A stretch of DNA of 63,250 nucleotides, filler included, from Choristocarpus tenellus KU-1152 (GCA_964200185.2; 12 parts of 12 records of this genome joined end to end with filler, not necessarily neighbours in it), one strand, 5' to 3'; counted from the whole stretch's first letter, positions 26,512 through 40,070 are shown. Numbers and translations: made by a program. The notes: generated by a model from the sequence alone, not told the origin.

Positions 26512-29500
26512 TGACCTTCGTGGTAATAACCTCAACACATTCGTGGTGGAAAGTTTTGGACGGGCCAGTGAGCAAGCCGAATGTTTTCTGGATGAGTTGG
26601 CTACGCATGGGGTAGGGGGGAGAGGGTTGGGAACCTACAGCTGGAATGGAGCTGTCATATACCGTCTACGACAGATTGAGTCTGTCGCAACACAAGTGGC
26701 TCTTTCAAGACAGATCATCATGCATTTCAAGCTGGAGACAACAGGGCAATGGGCAAGGTGGGGCCCATCAGATTCTTGGGATGCTTCCCTACCTCGTCGT
26801 CGTGTGGTGAAGGGCTAAGCTAGGTTGGAGCCATAGGAAGGGGAGTGGTGTGTACCATGATTGATACTCAAAAAATAAATTGATTTTGGAGAGACATACA
26901 TCTTTCACATTATTTACTGGAAATGTTACTTTTGAGGGCTTGTTCTGATATTGACTTGACTTCTCTTTGTTTTTTACTACTTCACACATGAATATAACAT
27001 AACGTAAGAGGAGAAAATAATAAATACTGTACTTTAATCAATTACAAAATATCAAGATATATATTGTGCAAAAACAGTTCGTTCGTACAAATACATCGAT
27101 TTGAATCTATCAATAAAATATTAGAAGTGTTCATTTGCCAACGTTCCTCCTATCGTAAAATCATTTCTCCCACACAATTTACCAAACCTTTGTGGGTAGA
27201 AACAATTCGGATATAGTCAGCATCGAAAGAGTAACCACTTCTAATTGATTTGTTAGAAATGATATTTTATGGTACAAATCGGATTTGATTTGTCCAACAT
27301 ATGCAATCTTCACAAAAATATTCTACGAATATATTTGCCGTAATTTGTATGATACAAATGAGAAACACCATTTCACTTTACTCTTGAGTTGGTTATCAAC
27401 AATTTCTATAGGAAATAGAAAGAAGGAATCATTTTGAGTAGATTTAGACCTAGATGAGATGAGAGTGATGGTAGACATCAACAAAACAAATCACATTCTG
27501 GCCCATGTTTTACTCTCAGTAATGTTTCATCCAAAATAGTTACAGGTATTCAACACTTCGCATCTAACTTCACCTTCTGATACATCATGTATGTCATTAT
27601 TGGCCGCACCAGAAGCGAAGGCCTCGAAATTTGTCGACGCTGAGTGGTGGGATTGGCATGATCAGGATTCTCATGTTCTACAGGTATATATATACATGAA
27701 ATCTGCTGGGCAGACCTAGCAGTTGCGCTGTGACGCCTAGGATTTGAGAAGTCATTTTGGAAAGTGCCCGATCGGGTTGGGAATAATCTCGACCCGACAA
27801 CTTCGAATGAAGCAGCTGACTCTTCCGTGTGTTACGAGGGAACCGTATGGTCTCATGTCGACACATCTCAAACCTGATCGCGATATACAGTTGATCACGC
27901 ACAGGTGTATCGCAATTGGGATTCGAAGGGACTTTTCGACAGGTTGGATCATGAGGAAGTGCAAGGTCGAAAAGAACGTGGGCAAGGTGCAGAAGACGCC
28001 AAAGAGGAAGAAGAGTTAGGACCGAGTTGGTGGCGTTGAGTGTGCCTGTGATGAATCAGTCAGTCAGCGTGCCTCCAAAAATACGAGAAACATGGAGTGT
28101 GGCTCCTTCAATCTCCTCACCTATTATGGAAGCCACCCTACACTTTTTTCATCTCTTATCGGGGAACATTGAGCAACCGATCTTCAAAAAAAAATTGTAT
28201 TGTAAATGAAGGATATGAGCTCAAATTTGGGATTGTCAACAGGCACATTCACCACGCAATTCCCGCACAAACTTCTGACTGACTTAATGGGGGGGGGGGG
28301 AGGGGTGGTTCCCCTAGAATTGGTGGCTCGCACATGCATGAAACTGCTACAGGCCAATTGATGTGGTGATAGGCAAAGCACTGGCAACCAATCTCAAGGG
28401 CGTGAAAGATCTCTGCACCAAGTATCTCACACCTGTATTGACCGGTGAGTGGAAGCAATTACCCAGTGTATTTGCTGGGGAGAGATAAAATGTGGGAGGG
28501 TATAAGGAGTATTGGGGAGAGATAAGACTTTTTATTATTATATACGAGGGTGACAAGGTTTTCATATTCATCTTGTCATGTTTAAATACTTCGAAGTAGT
28601 TCAGTGGGTTAGAATGGTGAAATGAAGCAGTTGATGGGAATGTGTATGATGAACTTGTTTGGGCACCCTCGCCAATCTGGAAAATGGACTAAAGGGCTAA
28701 CGATAATATTTTCTGCTTATATATGCTTATGTGGTGCTATATTTAGGATTGCTATTGTATACTACTTCTACACACACACACGTACATGTTACGTAATTAT
28801 GTAAAATGGCATATTTGGGTAGTATGCATCACAAAAAGATGTCAGTTCCCACAATTGTTTTTTAAAAGGTGATCGCTTTGGGAAATCAACATCATGCCAT
28901 ACCTTGGTCATGGTGTGATGGGAACCTCTCCCCTACACTCTCCATTTCCAAGTCTAACTCTTAATCTCTGCCACCCTTGTATATGTATTTGCATGATGTT
29001 TATCATACCTACTCCCAACACCATGTATCATAAGATTTGTCAATAGCAGCTGTGTGGTGTGGTGAAGACTATCTCCACAGTCCAGAGAGAGGCAGACGCT
29101 TTTCGTCCACTAGAACTCCTTCACCGACAACATCTCCAGTCTGGATGCACAGGGTAAGTGGTGATTGGAGGTGTCATGGACTGGGTGGATATGATGGGAT
29201 GGGATGGGATGGGATGGGATGGATAGTGAAGCATCTAGTTGCACAAAAGTGAGTGTCGTGTATGAAGTAGGGTAATGGTTACTTCAACTGTATATATTTT
29301 CGTTTCTTGTTAAAGTTGGCAAAATTTTGGCATTGGTGTGAGGGATGTAAATGATACTAGCATTAAAACATTTGCGGTACTTTTTATTATGACAAAAGTC
29401 GATGGCAGTGTAGTGGACCCAGCTTATACTGAAAATGGCAACCTTTTACCGTCACACCAACATGCCAACTCCCCAATCAATATTTCGTTGGCAGCAATCT

Positions 29501-31232
29501 CCAATTGTGCCAAAATCAGTGTCCTGCATAATGTTGGCTATGTTCCGATGTGAACCATTGGGGATGTGGATAAACCCTGCAATTGATTTTATCGCCAATC
29601 ACCTTCAGATTTCCTTTTGCACGAAGAAAAGTAGGAGGACCCCATGTCAATATATAATGCTGGCATTGGTGTGTCTACATCAACCCCTGTACTAGTACAG
29701 AACTGTTATTGTTTAGGTTGGTGGGAGGTATGAAATCAGAGGAGAGTAGGTATGGTGCAGTAAGATGTTGGAGTTGTAGGTAGGAATTGACGGGTTGGAT
29801 GACTCTGGTACCTGTGAGTAGCAGTACATCGCTCTCTTCCTAGCAGTCCTGGGGAGGTCCTGGGGAGTAATATGGTAGGAAGTATACCTTGTGAGAAATA
29901 TACTCACACAGAGGTTCAGCATCTCTCCTACTTCTCTCCTTTTCTTGGGGCATATACCTGTATATACATGTACCGATCTAGAGTATGAGGTGGGGTCAAA
30001 ACAAACTCTGCTGGACACGATGGTGGTGAGAAGACCACAAGAAGCCTTAATGACAAGAATCCTCTTTGATCCACGAGCATGCCCTTCCTTCTGAGCTGGA
30101 GAGGTCCTTCCTAATTGCTATCAAGATTAGTGTAGAGGGCTAGGGTGCTGGCTGGGCAAGAGCACTGTTATCTTCGCGGCAAAGGGTATTCATTGAATGT
30201 TGCTGCACAGGTCAGTGCGCTAGTGTGCACGCTTCATCGTTTTTTCTGGGGTGGTTGTGTGTGTGCGACCATATGCTGTGCAAGCACTATAATGATACAA
30301 CAATTTACTCTTCACACTATACGAAACTACAACATGGTAGTTTCACAGTGACGATGTTATGGGTGGAGGTGAAGAAGGTGAGCAATATCAACCAGAGGAG
30401 GAGGGCACCAATGGATTGGGAGTAAGATCCCAACAGGGAGAAGGTGGGAGACATGAGAGAAACAAAAAGCAGGTGGGACGGGCCAATATAGAGGACATAG
30501 CACTAGAGGTGATCTTTGCCTTACTCTTTCTTTGTTGTAATCGTTGAGGCATGTGCGCTACCGCAGGGCATTGAAAAGAAAGTATATTTAAGGTACAAAT
30601 ACTTCCATTGTAATACAACGACAGTGACAGCTACTTTATACTTCGAAGTACTTTAAAGTATATTACTCAGTATCTAATCATATTTTGTTAGTGGACGATA
30701 AAGTGGATACTATGTGTTTGTGAGCACCTTTAAGGGTAACTTTGATGCCTGTTGTGCAGCATACGTTTTGCTATATTCCTGCCTTTGGATGCAGAATCGA
30801 AAACCAAGAATCAAGTAAACGGCATTGTGGGCTTGGTACCCCCATTCGTTTATATCCTTACGAATACCATGCCTTACAAGATTGGTGTTCACTTCGTTCT
30901 TGGTTTTTGATTTTGCAGCCAAAGGTCGGAATATAGCAAAACATGTGCTGTACCACGGGTGCTAAGGTTACCGTGCGAGATGTTGAAATGAGTATGTAAC
31001 GTACATTATACTACGAGGAACCTATAGGAGTAGACCCACCCGTAAGAAGTGCATTGAACTGAACAGTCAACCCTCAATCAAGCCGTACTACTGCAAAATA
31101 TTCGCTTTCAACAAGATTGCTGCAACATGTTTGTGTGACTGAGGAAGTGAGTGAAAGTATTCGAGAGGTATTCTGAATTGTATTTTTCATATGTTTTCAA
31201 ATGTGCACAAAATCTGACTAAATTTGACAAAT

Positions 31233-32420
31233 TTACGTAAGATATTTTGTTGACTGTGCTGGAAAGATTTTAGACAAAATGAGAACAAACGTTTTCAAGT
31301 TGAACTTATCCATAATAGCATCGGTGAATTCAAAAGGTGAAACGAACGGAAACTTCAATACAAATCGGTTGAAATATTGGTACATTGGTTTTTCTTTGAG
31401 CCAGTTCAATTCTCTACATAGTCTAATTGAACTAATATTGATTGCACTGGAGGTGTGGAAGTCAAGAACACCAGAATGTGTTGATGCTGGGGACATCTAT
31501 TAAAGTAAAAATTGGTATAATTGCGATAAGCTCATTCGAGAAGCAGGTTCAAACACAAAGTATATGCAAAGCACAGACCATACTCCTACCACGGTTTCCT
31601 TCGTTGCGTTGATTAGATTATGTATGTGGCACCCAAAATCTCAACCTTTCCTACAAATTATAAGGTTCGTTGAGGTGGAAGTTGTTACCCTCACACCATA
31701 AACTCTGAACAACACTCTCAAGTTGCCCATTTTTACTTATTACAGTGTGAGGTACAAACAGGTTCTATGTGAGAATTGATGCCATCAATAACCACTGTCA
31801 TGTATTCGGGGACTTCATCACGCTAATGACAATTAATTCTAATAGTGCGGAGTATTGTATTAGACTTGCGATGTTGATCAAGTTTGTCGCCAAGGGAGTC
31901 AAGTGTAAATCGAGGCAAACAAACTCGAGAAGTAGTCCACTGCTCAATATATAGCAATATACCCCTAAAATGGTGTGTGTTTATGCCTCTACAATGGTGG
32001 ATATTTGACTTATCACAAATGTCGCATTTTGCAAGTTTTGACAATTCAACGAATACAAATAAAGACAATAGTACTACCGGGTTAAAAAAAGGTGAGGCAA
32101 TAGCCCACGACGATAGCTGAAGATTCATGGCCGTGTGATTTGCTTAAAGGGCACACACACGGTTCCATCATACCCAAATTCATGGCCACGTGCTGTGCAC
32201 TAAGGAATGAATGAAACTTTGTCCGGTACAACCTGTCTGGTGTACGGGTCATGCAGGCTCCAATCTTGGCAAATTTCTGGCCAAATCCATGGGGCGGATA
32301 ATATTGCAACATTTTTTGAAATGTCCTTTCCTACCAGATATTTTATCGTTATAGATTGTATCCTGACCTCAATAGGGTTATCCTGTGGCCACACCAAATC
32401 TTGTGAGGTCCGAAAATGAC
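31233..32420 (-). pseudogene. Possible highly degraded Sola-like DNA transposase
   Basis: LAKCDICD...LDQHRK...PEYMTVVIDG.N, then (frameshifted) LFVPH, VYGVRV and YQYFNR, follow the order of the recalled KCxxC-H-IIDGMDQ-LPH-DQxFS pattern. Many stops; the family call is from memory of motifs only. Confidence 0.35.
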
Positions 32421-33439
32421 GCAGTCTTACTCTACCACTATTTATCTCAACAGGTAGGAATAGGGTGAAGGGAAATGTAGTGAAAACATTACACTATTCC
32501 CCGTATGTGGTTTGGATGAATTGGGATGCATCTTTATCCAACCCAGAGAGGTAAGTGTGTATCCATACCTAACTATATTTCAACATGGTTGGGCTTTAGG
32601 CCTTCTTATTACCAACATGCTTTTTCAGGGGCAATTTATGTCTTACCATTTTTTGAACATGGTCGTCACCTATTCCAACACGTGTGCACATTGGATATGA
32701 TTATAGCAATGGTTCAGACCCTGGACATGATAATGCCACCGACTTATCAAACGTCTTGCAACAAAGTGATTCTTATGTGAAGAATATGTCTATTGTAGTT
32801 AGCAGTAAAAGCCATTATTCCTGTTTGACATTATTATTTTCTCTACTTGGAAACTTGGAAGATGTGGTTATAGACATGGCTGAAACTACTGCCATATTGG
32901 CACTGGCACACTCGTCTAAAAGGAAAAGAAGAATTTGATGACAGAGGGTTTGTCTTATCCTGCCCTCTCCACCAATCTACTGACTTTGGTCGGACTAAAG
33001 TGAATGACAAAGCCTGATCTTGGAGCTTGCTTATTAAGTTGGTATGGACTGATGTAAAATTCTGGTCTAGCGTTGGTGTGCCTTCACCCCTGCCTCTAGT
33101 ATCATCCTCTACAGAGCTCTAATAGTAGAAAAAATAGGTGTAATAGTTGTAAACCAACCATTGTTTATGGGAAATCTCAAGTTAGGTTCATGATATTACC
33201 CTTTTCTGCTTCCCTGCACAAAGAACATTTCCTAATACTGAACACTGCGTGCATTGTAACCTAAATAGCTCTCATCAACCTTGACAGGATGGGCATATAC
33301 AATATATGTACAAATTACAAATTGTAAGTGGGCATCCACCTGGTACATTAAGCTACATAATATGATCACAATGTGGAACAGCTTGTCACCAACAGGAGCC
33401 ATGCATGTGTTTATATGTTGTATCATTACCCTCCCAACA

Positions 33440-33760
33440 GACATTATCTCTCCATAATGCTCTCTACACCAAATGTATGTCTCGATCCCATCCAGTGGAT
33501 AATTCGGATCATGCCATAGACACTCAGCTCCAGGCCTCAGGGCCCCTCCTGTCTCTGATGTGAGATATCGTAATGGTGGTGAAAGGAATAAGGACATCGT
33601 GGGGAGCAAGGTTGTTCTCCAGTCACCGGGAACGTATTGAGGAGGGGTGGAGGGAGCAGCATGCACACTCAATAGCTTACCTCCACGGGATGTATAGCTC
33701 CAGTTCGTAAGCATATAGATGGCACTGATGCACGTTCATGACTCCTGATCCACATGTCAT
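33440..33760 (-). mobile_element. Possible Ty3/gypsy integrase C-terminus/chromodomain remnant
   Basis: AYELELYIPWR and ECLWHDPNYPLD in different frames resemble AYxLxLP and EYLVxWxGYP. Weak. Confidence 0.25.
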
Positions 33761-34149
33761 CAAGTATGCTGGATCTCTCACTTCGATTATTCCCTTCATA
33801 AGTATCAATCTTATCATGAAATAAAATGAAACTGGCAAGGATGTACCACATGGGGAGGCATGATAATGTCTAAAAAATAAGTATTTAAGACATAAAAGTA
33901 CGTAAAATCTAGGACTTCAAGGTCATATTGGCGTTGATGAAACCGCCATCAAGACGTATTGCCTGTGATAGTGTTACAGGCGCCCCTCAATGCTCACCTT
34001 CCAGGATGTACAACTCAAATCCAACGACCTCAAAACGACGCTACNNNNNNNNNNNNNNNNNNNNNNNNNNNNNNNNNNNNNNNNNNNNTTAATTAATTAA
34101 NNNNNNNNNNNNNNNNNNNNNNNNNNNNNNNNNNNNNNNNNNNNTTTTG

Positions 34150-34185
<36 letters not shown>

Positions 34186-36574
34186 AGGGGATGTCCTCTC
34201 AGAGGTTTTAATAGTAGGTTGGAGATATAAATGAAGAGGATCTTTTATCACTTTTTTTTTTTAGAGATGATCTTGATGAAACCCATCATGAGGTTGTACC
34301 CTATGATACTAATATTTTAGCAGAATCTGTCTCTGTCTCATTAATCCATGCCAAGTGCGAATTTATATTTTTTATATTTATATTCTATATATTTCTGTTT
34401 TTGTTCTTATGTATGTGTGGTAGTTTTCAAGAGGCAAACTGTTCAAGTTGATGCTGAGCATAGAAAGTGTTCACTTCATCTGTGCTGAAGTGCGTGTTAG
34501 GGTTATGGTTAGGGTTAGGGTTAGTCGTGTCTACCCCAATGGAAGGATTTCTTCCCATGTATGTGACAGCTGTGGTAGCTGTGGTGGGTATTTTTTGGAG
34601 GGGGGGAATGACAAGACCTTGGTGGTTAGTGCCGCTGCTTCTTTTTTTTTGGAGGTTGGGGTTAGGTTTCGGGAAATGCTCTTTTTCATATCATGTGTGA
34701 AGATAGAGGTAGTAGTTTATGATGCAGGGCAGGTGTGTCTCATTGGTTGATGTGACATGATAGGCGTTTTTTGGTTGTGTAACTGTTGTTTGCTCCTAGC
34801 AATCAGTTTCGCCAACCCCCCCCCCCAATATTATTATTACTATTATACACCAGATACACTTATTGAAATTGCCCAAGCGACTGTTCAAGCCAGGGCAGAG
34901 TGAAGCTGATCACTGATTTGTTTTTCTTTTTTTAAAAGTGATCACTGATTTGTATCAAGCGCGACTTGAGTCCACACCCATCAAAATTGATGTCCCTGGC
35001 TGGGTTAGCTGTGTAGGTAGTGCTTCTTGTCACATACTGCTCTCTCACACGCTTTTACTTGAATAGGACTATCTATGTAAGGCGACGAAGTTGTGTGAAT
35101 GTGGAGTACTGAGTGGCCTGCCTGCCAGTTGTCTTCACCCTGTGCGTTTTATTCTGATGACAGTTACGTTGCAGTTACAACCAAAGGCGGTTTTTACTTC
35201 CGGTGCCAAGTTTCACCCGTGTCTTTTTATTGGTCATATGACTTGATACGTATTTTTATTTATTTGAGTGGTGCTATTCATTGTAGTAGTTTTTTTTTAT
35301 TGCGATAAGAACTGAAAAAAACGCCTCTTGTGGTTTGCTGCATCACTACCCTGCACTGTGCCGAGGATAGTGCTATGCCAGCTGTCGTTGGCTTAAATAT
35401 GTTTGAGCTTGTGAGTTGCGTGTGAGAAGGTTGGTTGGATTGTATTATCATTATTATTATTATTATTATTATTACTATGTAAATGCGTGTAGTGAGGGAT
35501 CTGAACTATCGGCAACAATAAAGTAGCGTGGTATTGAGTGTGTAGTGAGAAAGGTGGTGTAATGGAGAATGTTTGGAGTAGTAGTCATGTTTTGACTCTT
35601 GGAGTAGAAGACAGATCTGATATCCCTACATGAGGCAGATTTCATTCAGTAGCAGCTGCTCCATTGAATGCCCCTCCTGCCCATTTACTGCAGTGACCTT
35701 TGTGTTGGATCAAAACGGCGTGCTTTCGATTGTGTTTTATGTAGTGCGTGGGTGAACAAGGCACATTCAGGACTTTTTTTGAGGTGGTTGGCGGGGCCTT
35801 CTTTCTGCTTGAAGTTTGTCAAGTTTGTCTGTCAAGTAACTGCTTGAAGTTTGTCAAGTTTGTCAAGTTTTACCACTATGACGAATAGTAATGCGCCAGT
35901 TAAAAAAAACACACAAACAAACACAGGTCTCTGCCCAGTCCCTGGTTGTGGGTGGCCGCTTGTGCTACCTGTTGGCATCGACGTGGGACTTTGATGTTGG
36001 AAAGGACCTCCCCCGTCACCCGTGCTTGGAGTTGCGTCACCATAGTGTACAAGGGCTTACACAGATTCTTTGCCGCCGCCTCATCACCATGGTCAAGGTG
36101 AAGCATGATTTGTTGATATGTGGCCTGTCCTTACTGAGGGGGATTGGTGTGTCGTGGGTGGTGATTGTTGTCAGTGAATCGCCTTGTGTCTGTGTCTGTG
36201 TGTGTAAGGGGAGAGAGGAGGTTCTTGTATGGTGTATGGCGTGCACGGGTTTGTTACAGTATGTTGGTGGTGTGACTTCTTTTTTCACGTTGGACTCTTG
36301 GTTTTGTTGAGGGGGAGGCAGGCCTGTGAGCAGGAACATATCGGGGGAGAGGTGGTGTATCTTGTCTTATGGAGTGGATTGTTCTTCGGGAGTTTGTAGA
36401 GCTCGTGTAAGTTCAAGGTGAGTGCTGCATTGGTTGGTAGTGTGCATTGTGTGCCCTTTTTGTGTTTCGGTGGGGGGGGGGGGTTCAGTTCTGAAAAGTA
36501 GCATGTAGTTTGTGGACAGATGGAGTCATCTCCAAGGTCAAGCAATGAGGAAGTCGGCGGATGACCTTGTTATC

Positions 36575-36985
36575 ACCAAAATGCCGTCTATTCAAGTGCT
36601 TTAAGTTGATGTCACACTCATTCCTTCCCCGCCAAAATGCTGTCTATTCAAACACTTCAAGGCTCGAAGTATCTGGTGGAGGGGGGTGGCTCTCCATTTG
36701 GGACCCATTTTTCTCTGTCGCAATTTTTGGGTGATCTGGTTGCATGTGTCGGATGGATAATGCAAGTGCACTTTTCCTGGTCAGGGCCCAAATGGACACC
36801 CTGGTGTAGAACCCCCCCGCCCCCGCCCGCAGATACTTTGAGCCTCAAGAATATCACAGTTATTTCTGCCACACCAAAATGCCATTTTATTCAAACACTT
36901 CAAGTTGATGTCACAGTCCCCCCTGCCTCACCAAAATACTGTCTATTCAAGTGCTTCAAGATGATGTCACCGTCATCCCCGCCAT
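36575..36985. repeat. Tandem repeat, four units of ~57 bp, interrupted by MITE B
   Basis: Unit core ccaaaatgcYgtctattcaa...ttcaagttgatgtcac at about 36575, 36632, 36874 and 36931. Confidence 0.85.
36661..36844 (+). mobile_element. MITE family B, full copy (184 bp), 4-bp TSD TCAA
   Basis: tcaa|ggctcgaagtatctg...cagatactttgagcc|tcaa. The empty site acacttcaag is present in the neighbouring tandem unit. Confidence 0.9.
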
Positions 36986-38594
36986 TCTCCTCCCATCCCT
37001 TACAACCACCTGAGCTAGTCTCCCTGCTATTGTGTAAAACCTCTCCACTTCTGCTCTGCACCCAAACAGGTCAAACCGTACGATCCAAGCCTCCGGGAGC
37101 ACTACCTTTCTGTTTGCCGCGGAGACTCTGATGACCGATCACAGCTTCCCTTTTCCTCACTACGACAGCGGACGTTTGAAGGTCCCTCTAGTGGCCTTGT
37201 CACCAGACGAGCTTGGGAACAGGCTGCAGCAACTGGAGTAGAAGGGAGTTGGAGTGGAGACGAGGGTGATCTCGTTAGAGGGTCAGATAGAGTAGACCCC
37301 ACTGGAACTGCTGGGGATAGAGAGGCAGGGGTGCAGGGGCAGGCAGACAGGGGCGGTGTTAGTGTTGACTTGCCACCAGCACCAGGGTTAAATGAACATG
37401 AGTTAGGAGGTGGGGAAGAGAGGAAGTAGGCCGAGGGAGCCTGGGGGGGTCGGGTGGTTGATTTAGTGTTGTCAAGTCTTTGTGGTTTGAAGATTGTGTA
37501 CTGTGAATGGAAGGCTTTATAGGGCATGTTTTGTGTGCCGCGCAGATGCTGACTTTTTTTGTTTAGCACTGTGGCTACCAGGAGGGCGTACATCATCCAA
37601 TGTTACTACATATTTGGGTCAAAGTATCTGGGGGNNNNNNNNNNNNNNNNNNNNNNNNNNNNNNNNNNNNNNNNNNNNTTAATTAATTAANNNNNNNNNN
37701 NNNNNNNNNNNNNNNNNNNNNNNNNNNNNNNNNNTTGGCTGTCTTGATATTTCAAGAACAGAATGACACTTCAAAACTATAAGGTCCACTTCTGTCATCT
37801 CTTCTGTTTTTAAAAATACTAAGGTCGCCAAAAATCGTATCTAAATAAATTATAGGGTACTATTTGGAAGTGACCTTTTAGTTTATGAAATTACAAACGT
37901 TTGAGACTCATAAAGTGCGTGCTTGGTATTTTTTTAAATGGTAAGAACGGATTTAACTGGATTTACCATTTCTAAAAATCCTCATGCACGTGTTTAGGGT
38001 TACTTCAGTTTCAAAGAACAGAATTATAATTCAAAACTAAAAGAACCCCTTTTGTCGTCTCTTGAAGTATTAAGAATGCATATATATGTCCAACAATTTC
38101 AGATTTTGTATCTCAAAAAATTAGAGGGTGCCACCTTTTTTTTTGACCTTTTGGTTTCTGATCATTGGAAACGTGCAAGATCAATGAAGTATGCGCTTTG
38201 TATTTCAAAAATTTGTAAGTACGTATATTCCAATATATATAATGAAAAATATTGTGGAAAGCATGTTTGTCTGTTATTATACCGTTATTGCATATACCGT
38301 TATACCGTGGTAACGATTATGGTTCCCAGTCAAGAATTCGTGATTCCACGGACAGTCTTTCTGTCCGAATGTCACACATGGAAAATCCACTTTGTTTTCA
38401 CGTCTTGACTGGCGGTGATGAAGCCCTACCTTTGATGGTGCTCCTCACTCGTAAGTTTATATACTTGACCAACCTTAACCTCCTACCCTCAGTTCACGGT
38501 TCGTCCTTGTTTGTGTGGTCCATCTTGCCCAGTGATTCTCTTCACCGCCATTGCCTGAGTGAACCACGCCACCACAGAATCACACGATTCACAT

Positions 38595-38647
38595 TGGCGA
38601 CACCGGTGAGATTCGAACTCACGCGTGCAAAGCACACAAAATTAGCA
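38595..38647 (-). pseudogene. 3' half of tRNA-Ser(GCU) including encoded CCA; 5' half absent
   Basis: Reverse complement: TGCTAA TTTTG T GTGC-TTT-GCAC GC GTGAG-TTCGAAT-CTCAC CGGTGTC G CCA, i.e. anticodon GCT, paired variable arm, perfect T arm, discriminator G. No D arm or 5' acceptor strand upstream and no oligo-T terminator. Confidence 0.85.
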
Positions 38648-38940
38648 AGATATTGTGCAACATAGGCTGGTAGTCCATATGGTTTATAGGGTTTTTACAA
38701 AATAGTAATGATATTCTAATCTTTACATCAACAAATCGACATACAAGCTACATCCTTCATTGATCTAATACGTTTCAAGCGTACGAAATGAAAAGGTCAC
38801 AAAAAACTGTTACTATCTGTCTCTTTTCAATATGTAATCGTATGCTGTTCGATATTCCTTTTTTCATGTAACACAATTGTCAACAGAAAGAGAAACCATC
38901 GAATTTCAAGAACCGCTTTTTGTCGTCTCTAGTATTATTA

Positions 38941-39443
38941 GAGCCAAAGTATCTTAGGGGGTAGAGCCACGTCCATTTGGGGGTCAAAATACAATGTTGT
39001 GATTTTCATGTAATATTGGCTATTGTGTACCCTCTAAGATAGCTTCACTCTGTAAGAATACAAATGTCCAACAATTTTAGATTTTGTATCTCAAAAAATT
39101 GGAGGGTGCCTTTTTTTTTTGACCTTTTGGTTTNNNNNNNNNNGGGTCAAAATACAATGTTGTGATTTTCGTGTAATATTGGCTATCGTGTTTGTTAGGA
39201 AGTGTCAATATCTATGTTTCAGACACACCTTTCGTAATGTATACATTGTACCTACTACAAAACATTTTGGAGTTGGAAAATGTCATTAAAAACCCCATGG
39301 GAAGCCAAGCCCCACAAATGTATACATTTTAACTACTCCAAATCGTTTGGAGTCGGAAAATATCATAAAAAAACCCATGGGAAGTCAAGCCCGACAAATG
39401 GGCAAACAGGGAAAAATTCGTACCCTCTAGGATAGTTTCACTC
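38941..39443 (+). mobile_element. MITE family A: internally deleted copy (38941-39050) and a second copy (39144-39443)
   Basis: Family A TIRs and internal sequence. An empty-site homolog is at ~38053-38075. Confidence 0.85.
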
Positions 39444-39699
39444 TTTAAGAAGACAAATGTCCAACAATTTAAGATTTTACTTAAAAAATTGGAGGGTGCC
39501 AGTTTTTTTTTGACCTTTTGGTTTTGGAACATTGGAAACGTACAAGATCAATTAAGCATGTCCTACTACCACCTTCTTCAGCATGGATTCCCATTCAAAA
39601 AGGGGCCCTTAAAATGTGCCGCAATATTTACAAAAATAAACATATGGGCACTTTCCGCGCACCATTTTGGGAAAAATTCATCCTCCATTTTGCCGAGAC

Positions 39700-40070
39700 G
39701 TTTTTAATGGTGTAGCTGCTGCTGCAGCTGAGGCACGAAAGCGCACCCACTATGAGGGCTCTTTTGACCCTTGTAGCTACAACCTCAACACCTTCGCGGC
39801 GGAAAGGTTTGGGCACCTTGGCAAACAAGCATATTGTTTCCTGGATGAGCTAGCTACACACACGGTAGGGGGCAGAGGAACTGGAGGCTACAGGAGAAAA
39901 GGTGCCGTCAAATCCCACCTATGCCAGATAGTCTCATTCACAATACAAGTAGCCCTATCTAGATGGGTCATGTGTTTTAGCCTGAAGTCACCAGGGAGAT
40001 GGGCAAGGAGGGGTTTATTAGATTCATGGGATGTTTCCCTAGGTCCTCACCCTGGTGTGCAGGAATAGGT
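39700..40070 (+). mobile_element. 3' fragment of a CRE-like LINE (REL endonuclease C-terminus)
   Basis: AAAAAEARKRTHY..F......TFAAERFGHLGKQAYCFLDELA...QIVSFTIQVALSR; homologous to 26200-26800. Confidence 0.75.

Larger units (their letters stand above)
25441..26870 (+). mobile_element. Degenerate CRE/NeSL-type LINE 3' region (Zn finger plus restriction-like endonuclease) with two nested MITEs
   Basis: ARHQSQCGQGANAWL..FRLTTSRSLG, HACTC..H.MVKRLGQLCK, LHLDVTF...AAA.A.RKRTHY and FVVESFGR..EQAECFLDELA are the typical C-terminal motifs of REL-endonuclease LINEs. Confidence 0.75.
37735..39560. repeat. AT-rich repeat family with local duplications (probable internal/subterminal region of a large DNA element)
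   Basis: The block atgtccaacaattt.agatttt..ctcaaaaaatt.gagggtgcc...gaccttttgg occurs at ~38085, ~39064 and ~39457. Segment 38770-38900 matches 61790-61915. Confidence 0.7.

Noticed and set aside
34496-34525. TTAGGG telomere-like repeats (also ~48645 and ~52638)
   Set aside because: Only 2-4 imperfect internal units; not a chromosome end.
36575-36985. CRISPR-like look: ~40-bp conserved block alternating with ~16-nt variable segments
   Set aside because: The variable segments resemble each other and are too short, the repeats are degenerate, there are no cas genes, and the context is eukaryotic. It is a diverged minisatellite.
38595-38680. Functional tRNA-Ser gene
   Set aside because: No D arm/A box, no 5' acceptor or anticodon-stem strand, and no terminator.
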